A stretch of 64,000 nucleotides of DNA. It comes from Acutalibacteraceae bacterium (GTDB lineage Bacteria; Bacillota; Clostridia; Oscillospirales; Acutalibacteraceae). The notes beneath the pieces are model-generated. The model was given only the letters and a program-made list of their open reading frames with translations. It was not told the origin of the DNA and ran no database searches. A program made the position numbers and the translations under genes. The DNA is taken from NCBI GenBank assembly GCA_036309125.1, contig JAXJUJ010000112.1, positions 1,552 through 65,551 of the forward strand, in the 5' to 3' direction. Shown piece by piece: positions 1 through 6,393 of the stretch (position 1 is its first letter; each line of letters begins with the position of its first letter).

Positions 1-252
1 TTCGCCCTTGTACACGAGTACAGAGGTAAGAAAAACACGCTATATCATTTCGATATGTACAGAATCTCCACCTGGGATGATCTCTATACTACGGGTTATT
101 TTGACTATCTGGATGCATCCGAAATCCTGGCAGTTGAATGGAGCGAAAATATAGAAAACGCTTTACCCGAGGAGTGCATTAAAGTTATCTTCACACCTGG
201 TGATAACGAAACTGAAAGAAAGATTGAAATTATCGGAGTAGATTTATCTTGA
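1..252 (+). CDS. tsaE: tRNA t6A37 biosynthesis ATPase TsaE, C-terminal fragment (5' end outside window)
   Basis: Frame 1 is open from base 1 (FALVHEYRGKKNTLYHFDMYRIS...AVEWSE...). HFDxYR and VEW motifs are typical of TsaE/YjeE. The stop overlaps the TTG start of tsaB. Confidence 0.75.
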   Translation, partial: FALVHEYRGKKNTLYHFDMYRISTWDDLYTTGYFDYLDASEILAVEWSENIENALPEECIKVIFTPGDNETERKIEIIGVDLS

Positions 253-953
253 AAATTTTAGGTATAGACAGCACTGCTAAGTCAGCATCAGTAGCAGTAC
301 TTGAAAACAAAAAAATATTAAGCAGCTTTTATATTAATACAGGATTAACACATTCTCAGACATTAATGCCTATGCTTGAAAGTGCACTTAAGTGTGCTAA
401 CCTGACACATAACGATCTTGATCTGATTGCCGTCAATAAAGGACCCGGATCCTTTACAGGGATAAGAATAGGTGTTGCAGCAGCAAAAGGACTTGCTGAT
501 ACAACAAATATAAAAACTGTCGGTATATCAACACTCGAATCGATGGCATATAATCTTATTGGCTGTAATTGCATCGCTGTTGCGGTTATGGATGCCAGAT
601 GTTCGCAGGTTTATACGGCACTTTTCAGGATAAATGATTCTGAAATAATCCGTATAACAGATGATGAAGCGATGTCTGTCATGGATCTGGCAAAGAAGCT
701 AAAAAGTTTTGACGAAGAACTTATTTTAGTTGGCGACGGAGCCGATTTATGTTATAGGATTTTATCTGTTGATTTACCTGACATTAAAATTGCAGCGGAG
801 CATCTTAAGTATCAGAACGCGGTCGGAGTTTGTTTAGCAGCTGCTGAAAAGTCAAGCGAAATGTATATCGAAGGTAAAAATCTTGTACCCGAATATCTGC
901 GTCTGCCACAGGCTGAGCGTGAATTAAAAAACAAATTTAAAAAAGGTGAGTGA
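249..953 (+). CDS. tsaB: tRNA t6A37 biosynthesis protein TsaB (YeaZ family)
   Basis: 234 aa. MKILGIDSTAKSASVAVLE... and GPGSFTGIRIG motifs are characteristic of TsaB. Operon position is after tsaE. Confidence 0.85.
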   Translation: MKILGIDSTAKSASVAVLENKKILSSFYINTGLTHSQTLMPMLESALKCANLTHNDLDLIAVNKGPGSFTGIRIGVAAAKGLADTTNIKTVGISTLESMAYNLIGCNCIAVAVMDARCSQVYTALFRINDSEIIRITDDEAMSVMDLAKKLKSFDEELILVGDGADLCYRILSVDLPDIKIAAEHLKYQNAVGVCLAAAEKSSEMYIEGKNLVPEYLRLPQAERELKNKFKKGE

Positions 954-959
954 GTAATT

Positions 960-1409
960 ATGAAAATTGCAATCGGAGCTGATCACGGTGGATTCGAGCT
1001 TAAAGAGTCAATTAAAAAGCATCTCGATGAAATCGGCGGCTATGAAATATGTGATTATGGAACATATTCGAGCGAATCTGTAGACTATGCAGCAATCGCT
1101 TATAAAGTAGGAACAGCTGTAACTGAGGAAAATATTCTTGGTATCCTTTGTTGCGGAACCGGAATCGGCATCAGTATTGCCGCCAATAAAGTCAAGGGTG
1201 TTCGTGCAGCTTGCTGCTCTGACTATTTCAGCGCAAAGCTTACAAGACAGCATAATGATGCAAATATTCTTTGTATGGGTGGACGTGTAGTCGGACCCGG
1301 ACTCGCTAACGAGTTAGTTGATGTTTTTCTTGCAACCGAATTCGAAGGTGGCGGAAGACATCAGAGAAGAATTGACCAGATCACTGCAATCGAAAACGGG
1401 GAATTTTAA
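960..1409 (+). CDS. rpiB: ribose-5-phosphate isomerase B (RpiB/LacAB family)
   Basis: 149 aa. [16 protein letters not shown]..., [13 protein letters not shown] and RHQRR motifs. Confidence 0.9.
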   Translation: MKIAIGADHGGFELKESIKKHLDEIGGYEICDYGTYSSESVDYAAIAYKVGTAVTEENILGILCCGTGIGISIAANKVKGVRAACCSDYFSAKLTRQHNDANILCMGGRVVGPGLANELVDVFLATEFEGGGRHQRRIDQITAIENGEF

Positions 1410-1426
1410 AATCACGGAGGTTAATT

Positions 1427-2056
1427 ATGGCTAACGTTATTATCACAAATCATCCGCTTATACAACACAAGCTTTCAATTCTCAGAGACAAACATACATC
1501 TTCAAAGGATTTCAGAAATCTTGTCAGTGAGATAGCTACACTTATGTGCTATGAAGCAACAAGAGATCTGCCTTTGCAGGAAATCGAAATTGAGACACCT
1601 ATATGTAAATGTAAAGCTCATAGCTTAGAAGGTAAAAAACTTGCTTTCGTTCCTATTCTTCGCGCCGGACTCGGAATGGTAGATGGTGTCTTACAGCTTG
1701 TGCCATCTGCAAGAGTCGGTCATATAGGTTTGTACCGTGATCCTGAGACATTGAAGCCTGTTGAATATTACTGTAAACTTCCTGCAGACATTACTGAACG
1801 TGATGTTATAGTTCTTGATCCTATGCTCGCAACCGGAGGTTCAGCAATAGATGCAATCTCAATGATAAAAGAGAGAAATCCAAAGTCTATCAAATTTATG
1901 GGACTTATTGCAGCACCCGAAGGACTCGATGCATTGAAAAAAGCTCATCCTGATGTAGATGTTTATCTCGCTGCAGAGGATAAAGAGCTCAATGACCACT
2001 GCTACATTGTTCCCGGACTCGGCGATGCAGGAGACAGAATTTTCGGAACAAAATAA
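1427..2056 (+). CDS. upp: uracil phosphoribosyltransferase
   Basis: 209 aa. [31 protein letters not shown] and [16 protein letters not shown] motifs. GGAGG Shine-Dalgarno upstream. Confidence 0.95.
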   Translation: MANVIITNHPLIQHKLSILRDKHTSSKDFRNLVSEIATLMCYEATRDLPLQEIEIETPICKCKAHSLEGKKLAFVPILRAGLGMVDGVLQLVPSARVGHIGLYRDPETLKPVEYYCKLPADITERDVIVLDPMLATGGSAIDAISMIKERNPKSIKFMGLIAAPEGLDALKKAHPDVDVYLAAEDKELNDHCYIVPGLGDAGDRIFGTK

Positions 2057-2061
2057 TAATA

Positions 2062-2098
2062 ACCGCACTGAACGATATAATCAGTGCGGTATTTTTTT
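2062..2098 (+). terminator. rho-independent terminator after upp
   Basis: 10-bp stem ACCGCACTGA / TCAGTGCGGT (2062-2071 / 2081-2090) followed by ATTTTTTTG. Confidence 0.8.
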
Positions 2099-2135
2099 GT
2101 GCTTGTCTGCATAAGTTTTACTCGGAGGGATAAGC

Positions 2136-2771
2136 ATGAAGAACTTAAAAATTAAAAAAACTCTGAATTTTCGCAAATATTGCATCGGGGTCAATGGCTT
2201 CGAATTTGACTGGAAGTTGATTTTAGTAATGATTTCAACGATTTCTGGTATTATAATAGGTTCACTGACAGCAAAAGGGGAGGGAAGCCTATATTTAAAT
2301 GTTATAGAAGTTATCAATAACTATCTTGTTGATAATGAATTTGAAACAACATATTCAGTTTTTATTGTTTATTTGCTTATACCTACAGTTTTTGCAATGA
2401 TACTTTTTTTCAGCGGTATGTCTCTGATAGGTGTTCCGACTGCATGTATAATACCGTTCACATTTTCGTTGTCCGGAAGTATAGTTATATATTATATGTT
2501 TGATGCATTTGCATTAAAGGGATTAGCCTATATTGTAATAATGTTATTACCATACTTAATAATATCTTTGCTATCACTGATGCTTCTTTCAATAGAAACG
2601 ATAAAAATGTCACAGTATCTTATCAGAACAATAAGCAAAACAAAACGTAATTCTGATTATAATTTTACATTATATTATAAAAACTACTTAAAAAGCTATG
2701 CGTTGATAATAATAGCGTGCATTATTAAAATAACAATTGATAAATTATTTGTCGGACTTTTTACCTTTTGA
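2136..2771 (+). CDS. polytopic membrane protein, possibly stage II sporulation protein M (SpoIIM-like)
   Basis: 211 aa with about 5 hydrophobic segments, similar in size and topology to SpoIIM. It lies next to a xerD-like gene, and spoIIM is near xerD (ripX) in Bacillus subtilis as I recall. No strong motif match. Confidence 0.45.
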   Translation: MKNLKIKKTLNFRKYCIGVNGFEFDWKLILVMISTISGIIIGSLTAKGEGSLYLNVIEVINNYLVDNEFETTYSVFIVYLLIPTVFAMILFFSGMSLIGVPTACIIPFTFSLSGSIVIYYMFDAFALKGLAYIVIMLLPYLIISLLSLMLLSIETIKMSQYLIRTISKTKRNSDYNFTLYYKNYLKSYALIIIACIIKITIDKLFVGLFTF

Positions 2772-3734
2772 TAATTTATTTAACGGATTGGATGAGACAG
2801 CTTCCTTAAGCTGGGAATCAACAATATGAGTGTATATTTCTGTAGTTGAGAGGTTTTCGTGACCGAGGATTTCTTTGATTAGAAGAACATCAACATTTCC
2901 TTGTTGATACATAAGCGTTGCTGCTGTATGTCTTAATTTATGCGTGGAAAATCCCTGATCACCAAGACCGGCTTTTTCTAAAAAGGTTTTGACAATATAT
3001 TGCACAGTTTTGGGACTTATTCTAAATTTTCTACTACTGAGAAAGAGGGCATTCTTGTCTTTAACTCCGTCAACAGGACGCACCTTCATATACTCATTCA
3101 AGGCATTGATACACATATCATTTAAATATATAATGCGTTCTTTATTTCCTTTTCCGGTAACACGCATAGTATTATCTGATCTGATATCACCATAATTCAG
3201 ATTAACTAATTCAGAAAGTCGCAGACCACAATTCAAAAAAATTGCAATAATACAGTAATCACGCTCTTTAAATTTGCCGTCAATACAATTGAGAAGGTTG
3301 ATGCTTTCGTCAAGAGTCAGATATTTAGGTAAAGCTTTTTTAGCTTTAGGTGACTCAAGCTCTTGCATAGGATTATTTTCTATCTGCCCTGTATTAACGG
3401 ACAGATATTTAAAATAAGCCCGTAGCGCAGAAGCTTTTCTTGCACGTGAAGCAGCGTCGTTGTTTCGATCAGTCTTGCAATAAGATAAAAAAGCATAAGC
3501 ATCCTGAATAGAAACAGTTTCAATTAATTCAAGATCTATTCCTGAAATATCAATCTGTTCAAAATCAATTTTACTATCAACTTTTTTTCTGAATATAAGT
3601 AAAAACTTAAAAAATAATCTCAAGTCAGATGCGTACTCTAATACAGTAAGTTCTGACTTGTTTTTAATTATACTCATATAGTTAAGGAATTCAACAACAC
3701 TTAACGGTAATTTACTGAACTCATCTTTATGCAT
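2745..3734 (-). CDS. XerC/XerD-like tyrosine recombinase
   Basis: Motifs GLRLSEL (Arg-I), THKLRHTAAT (HxxR), LGHENLSTTEIYTH (His and Tyr nucleophile). The ORF track starts at 3758, but M9 (ATG 3734) has a GGTGAT Shine-Dalgarno, and the predicted promoter would leave only about 8 nt of leader for 3758. Confidence 0.85.
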   Translation of the reverse strand: MHKDEFSKLPLSVVEFLNYMSIIKNKSELTVLEYASDLRLFFKFLLIFRKKVDSKIDFEQIDISGIDLELIETVSIQDAYAFLSYCKTDRNNDAASRARKASALRAYFKYLSVNTGQIENNPMQELESPKAKKALPKYLTLDESINLLNCIDGKFKERDYCIIAIFLNCGLRLSELVNLNYGDIRSDNTMRVTGKGNKERIIYLNDMCINALNEYMKVRPVDGVKDKNALFLSSRKFRISPKTVQYIVKTFLEKAGLGDQGFSTHKLRHTAATLMYQQGNVDVLLIKEILGHENLSTTEIYTHIVDSQLKEAVSSNPLNKLSKGKKSDK

Positions 3735-3772
3735 AATATCACCACTTAATAAGAGCATCTGTTTATATTATC

Positions 3773-3801
3773 ATTATAACAGAGGAGGCTTAAAAAGTCA
3801 A
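3773..3801 (-). promoter_or_regulatory. sigma-70-type promoter of the xerD-like gene
   Basis: On the minus strand, TTGACT (3801-3796), a 17-nt spacer, then TATAAT (3778-3773) preceded by TG (TGTTATAAT). The -35 lies 2 nt from the left palindromic site. Confidence 0.7.
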
Positions 3802-3803
3802 TT

Positions 3804-3837
3804 AATTATACAAAAGAACTAAGATTTTGTATAATTA
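3804..3837. repeat. left boundary palindromic site (att- or dif-like)
   Basis: AATTATACAAAA-GAACTAAGA-TTTTGTATAATT(A): 12-bp inverted arms with a 9-bp spacer. The same arms occur at 6535-6565. Confidence 0.6.
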
Positions 3838-4055
3838 TGAGTGCAAAGTGACGAAAGTTGTTGAGAAATATGTTTTTTCTTTCCAGCAGGCGGGAAACGC
3901 ACAGCCACAGGGCTGTAGCGAGTTTCGCGGACGTTTCGGGCCTCTGGGTTCCCGAACGTTCCGCGACGTGTCTGAAGCTGCAGCACTGTGGTGAGCGTCT
4001 CACGCTCTGCCGACACTCACTGACCGTACGTAGTGGACATAGCACAGACTTACCA

Positions 4056-4111
4056 CAGAAGGCAAACACTCACACCTTGAGGGCGCTCCCCCACGGGGGA
4101 CGGGAGGGGGC
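4056..4111 (+). repeat. 56-bp perfect direct repeat, copy A
   Basis: CAGAAGGCAAACACTCACACCTTGAGGGCGCTCCCCCACGGGGGACGGGAGGGGGC, identical to 4659-4714. Confidence 0.95.
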
Positions 4112-4146
4112 AAAACAAAAGGACCCCGACAAACGTCGGAGTCCTT
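4112..4146 (-). terminator. rho-independent terminator (minus strand) inside the GC-rich block
   Basis: The minus strand reads AAGGACUCCGAC-GUUU-GUCGGGGUCCUU followed by UUGUUUUG. The stem is 12 bp with one G-U pair. Confidence 0.8.
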
Positions 4147-4188
4147 CCGTGAAAAGTGAAGATAATCAATATCTCACACCTATCGGGC
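4112..4188 (-). ncRNA. candidate ~75-nt small RNA (promoter-to-terminator unit)
   Basis: Defined by the promoter at 4195-4223 and the terminator at 4112-4146. There is no ORF between them. Confidence 0.5.
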
Positions 4189-4194
4189 ACCTAA

Positions 4195-4223
4195 ATATTA
4201 GCACAGCCTTGTGGAAAAGTCAA
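4195..4223 (-). promoter_or_regulatory. strong sigma-70-type promoter (minus strand)
   Basis: On the minus strand, TTGACT (4223-4218), a 17-nt spacer, then TAATAT (4200-4195). An A-tract (CATCAAAAAAAGTG) immediately upstream resembles an UP element. Confidence 0.7.
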
Positions 4224-4261
4224 CACTTTTTTTGATGTCAATATATTGACCCTTCAGGGTC

Positions 4262-4352
4262 CTATGTAGCACACATCAAGGCGGACACAGCCGTCAAGGT
4301 GGAGACCGTAAGGTACTACCTTGACAGCTGTGTAATCCGCCGTGATACATAG
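4262..4352. other. long imperfect hairpin (~29 bp paired over 91 nt)
   Basis: CTATGTA..TCA.GGCGGA.ACAGC.GTCAAGGT, a 17-nt loop, then ACCTTGAC.GCTGT....TCCGCC.TGA TACATAG. Confidence 0.6.
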
Positions 4353-4658
4353 TAGTCGCTATGATAGAAAAACAGTATGCGACTGGGCGCGGGTGGGAGG
4401 CGACCGAACAAGGCGGAGCATCGCTGACCACTCACTCAATATGCTCCGCCGCAGTGAGGGTAGCGGGCGGGAATACAACTGTTCGAAGTGCCGACCACAC
4501 AACTTACCACACCACTACACTTCTCAGCTTCCCGGTAACCTGCCCCCGGCACGAGTAACCGAGAATGCGACCGGAGCAAAAGCGAAGCGGCTGTTTTTCG
4601 TGGCTGTCGGCTACCCCCGGGCGCATTCCCATAGTTGACAATTATTGCACATCTTCCT

Positions 4659-4714
4659 CAGAAGGCAAACACTCACACCTTGAGGGCGCTCCCCCACGGG
4701 GGACGGGAGGGGGC
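4659..4714 (+). repeat. 56-bp perfect direct repeat, copy B
   Basis: Identical to 4056-4111. About 20 nt of degenerate similarity extends upstream of both copies (GCACAgaCTTaCCaCAGAAGG versus GCACAtCTTCCtCAGAAGG). Confidence 0.95.
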
Positions 4715-4785
4715 TGTTCCTACCGTTTGCACTATTTTGTTATGTGGCTGTCGCTTGTATTAGACTGCCGAAGGCTGTCTGATAC

Positions 4786-4809
4786 ATTCTTGATAATATA
4801 GAAACAACG
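4786..4809 (+). promoter_or_regulatory. putative double-strand origin nick region (pC194/pUB110 type)
   Basis: ATTCTTGATAATATAGAAACAACG contains CTTGATA (4789-4795). As I recall, the pUB110 origin reads CTTGATACATATAGAAATAACG with the nick after CTTG. It lies about 45 bp upstream of rep. Confidence 0.6.
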
Positions 4810-4837
4810 TTTTTCAATAAAAAGCCTTCAATCCTTT

Positions 4838-5746
4838 ATGTATCAATGCTTTCAGCACTTTCTTATGTCTAACGATTGTCTTATAGAAGAACTTACTTAT
4901 TACAAGAATTTGACTGAAATTACTGCAGATTGTATTATAAATAATAGTGGTGCTATTATTTCAAGAGCTCAAAAAATCAAATTATGTGGTACTTTTATCG
5001 AGACTGCACACATCAGTGACGATAACGGCACGGTTCGCGAGGTGGTAACCTCTGCGAACTTCTGCCGTGAAAGACTCTGCCCGATGTGTCAAAGACGAAA
5101 GTCTTTGAAAACATCTTCAGATGTCCGAAAACTTGTTGAATATCTGAATGGCCGTGGCTGGATACATATGGTGCTGACCGTAAAGAATTGCTCTGCATCA
5201 GAGCTGGACGAAACAATAACGAAGTTGTTTCGTGACAGCTCATTTCTTATCACGAAAACGCCCGAATTCAAGAAGGCTTTTCGTGGTGCTTTGCGGTGTC
5301 TTGAAGTTACCTTCAATTCTGAGACTGATACTTATCATCCACATCTGCATGTGTTATTGAGCTCTGACAAGAGCTACAATAACAACAGCAGAAAACGCAT
5401 CAGCCGTGATCGGCTGCGTTGGTTGTGGTGGGAAGTATCAGGCATAGACTATATGCCACAAGTACACATTGATTCCAATGTTAACGAAGGTATCATCGCA
5501 GAAATAGCAAAGTACTGTGTCAAGCCTTTAGAGCTTGACTTGCCCTCTTCAAAGCGGTGCGAAGTGTTGGAGACACTTCACTCTGCTTTGCACGGTCGTC
5601 GTCTGATGCAGACTTATGGAGAAATCAAGACAGCTTTCAAAGCTCTGAAGATAGATATCAACTCTGATTCTGAAAGGGAATATGTAGCTGACACCGAACA
5701 AATGTTCGTATATGATTTTGAGCTTTCACAATATTGGAAAAGATAA
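4838..5746 (+). CDS. rep: rolling-circle replication initiator, Rep_1 (pC194/pUB110) family HUH endonuclease
   Basis: 302 aa. CRERLCPMCQRRK (compare pUB110 RepU CKSRLCPMCNWRR), MVLTVKN, HUH motif HPHLHVLL (5336-5359), active-site AEIAKYCVKP (Tyr at 5513-5515) and LHGRRLMQTYGE. There is no obvious Shine-Dalgarno. Confidence 0.9.
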   Translation: MYQCFQHFLMSNDCLIEELTYYKNLTEITADCIINNSGAIISRAQKIKLCGTFIETAHISDDNGTVREVVTSANFCRERLCPMCQRRKSLKTSSDVRKLVEYLNGRGWIHMVLTVKNCSASELDETITKLFRDSSFLITKTPEFKKAFRGALRCLEVTFNSETDTYHPHLHVLLSSDKSYNNNSRKRISRDRLRWLWWEVSGIDYMPQVHIDSNVNEGIIAEIAKYCVKPLELDLPSSKRCEVLETLHSALHGRRLMQTYGEIKTAFKALKIDINSDSEREYVADTEQMFVYDFELSQYWKR

Positions 5747-6288
5747 TTGATTTGACTTTTTATGGAAAGTCAAATCGAAAGGGGTGCTTGCTTATAAAAA
5801 GCGAATACCTTGACCCGAAGATGATCGAACATGTTTTATACGCTCTCACGCCTCAGAATAGGCTAATATGCCGAGTTTGCTTGAAAACTGGGTTGAGACT
5901 TTCTGACGTGCTTTCACTTAAAACAGACAGCCTCAGCAAGCGTATGACAATACGCGAGCTGAAAACAGGAAAGAAAAAGACTTTCACCATTGGTGACCGT
6001 CTTTTTCGTGAGATGTCGGTTCAGGCTGGACAGGTGTATGTGTTCCCACACCGCTCTGATCCTGATCGGCACAAAACAAGGCAAGCTGTATACGCTGATC
6101 TGAAACGAGCTTCTAAGGCTTTTCGGGTCAAGTGCAACTTTTCTCCGCATAGCTTGCGGAAGGTTTACGCTGTGGAATTGTACAAAAAATACGGTGATCT
6201 GAAGCGAGTTCAGAATGCTCTGAATCACGATAATGATGTTGTAACAATCATTTATGCTTTAGCAGATGAACTTCAGCGTAGAAAATAA
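5734..6288 (+). CDS. small tyrosine recombinase (catalytic domain only)
   Basis: 184 aa. Arg-I in TGLRLSD (R55), Lys in ELKTGKKK, HSLRK (H139/R142), ALNHDN (H165) and TIIY (Y174). The TTG start overlaps the rep stop by 13 nt, and the exact start is uncertain (alternative TTG at 5788 after AAAGGGG). Confidence 0.85.
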   Translation: MEKIIDLTFYGKSNRKGCLLIKSEYLDPKMIEHVLYALTPQNRLICRVCLKTGLRLSDVLSLKTDSLSKRMTIRELKTGKKKTFTIGDRLFREMSVQAGQVYVFPHRSDPDRHKTRQAVYADLKRASKAFRVKCNFSPHSLRKVYAVELYKKYGDLKRVQNALNHDNDVVTIIYALADELQRRK

Positions 6289-6324
6289 AAAAGAGACTCA
6301 CTGTTGACAGTGGGTCTCTTTTTG
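6287..6324. terminator. bidirectional rho-independent terminator after the recombinase gene
   Basis: AAAAA-AGAGACTCAC-tgttgaca-GTGGGTCTCT-TTTTG: a 10-bp stem with an A-run on one side and a T-run on the other. Confidence 0.85.
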
Positions 6325-6387
6325 TGTTAAGTTATAACCGACAGATGCGGGGAAGCTTCTATCACGGGCGTTGGGTTATAACCTTAC
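6287..6387 (-). ncRNA. candidate ~100-nt small RNA (second promoter-to-terminator unit)
   Basis: The promoter at 6394-6422 fires toward the terminator at 6287-6324. The transcript would contain the GGTTATAAC / GTTATAACC pairing (6374-6382 / 6331-6339). No ORF with an RBS. Confidence 0.4.
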
Positions 6388-6393
6388 TTTGTG

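Larger units (their letters stand above)
3842..4785. ncRNA. ORF-free, GC-rich, hairpin-dense block: candidate large structured RNA, long rep leader or single-strand origin region (strand unresolved)
   Basis: No credible ORF; the only ORFs are Arg/Ser/His/Pro-rich composition artefacts without an RBS. Hairpins seen at 3901-3916, 3926-3965, 3993-4007, 4119-4146, 4248-4261, 4262-4352, 4354-4384 and 4412-4450 (10-bp perfect stem). Sampled lines are roughly 55-65% GC by eye, against about one third in the flanking genes. Confidence 0.45.

Noticed and set aside
3915-3920. TAGCGA hexamer resembling the CS-6 element of ssoA-type single-strand origins
   Set aside because: A 6-mer match is expected by chance. 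It is not in the loop of the long hairpin, and I saw no RSB-like partner sequence. I mention it only as a pointer.
4056-4714. Possible CRISPR array or minisatellite
   Set aside because: There are only two repeat copies, 56 bp long and spaced 603 bp apart, and no cas genes anywhere in the window. This does not fit CRISPR geometry.
3842-4785. Known housekeeping or classic structured RNAs (RNase P, tmRNA, SRP/4.5S, 6S, group I/II intron domains, hammerhead/HDV-like ribozyme cores)
   Set aside because: I could not find the conserved core sequences I remember for these. Missing were a tmRNA tag ORF and CCA-proximal acceptor, the group II domain V consensus, and a CUGAUGA...GAAA hammerhead core. 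This is a by-eye check only; a covariance-model search is still needed.
3806-4801. ORF-track entries inside the GC-rich block (3858-4235, 4342-4638, 4361-4558 and 4565-4801 on plus; 3806-4069 and 3819-4016 on minus)
   Set aside because: The translations are Arg/Ser/His/Pro/Gly-rich low-complexity strings typical of random frames in GC-rich DNA. None has a Shine-Dalgarno. They overlap one another in several frames and run straight through perfect hairpins and a terminator.
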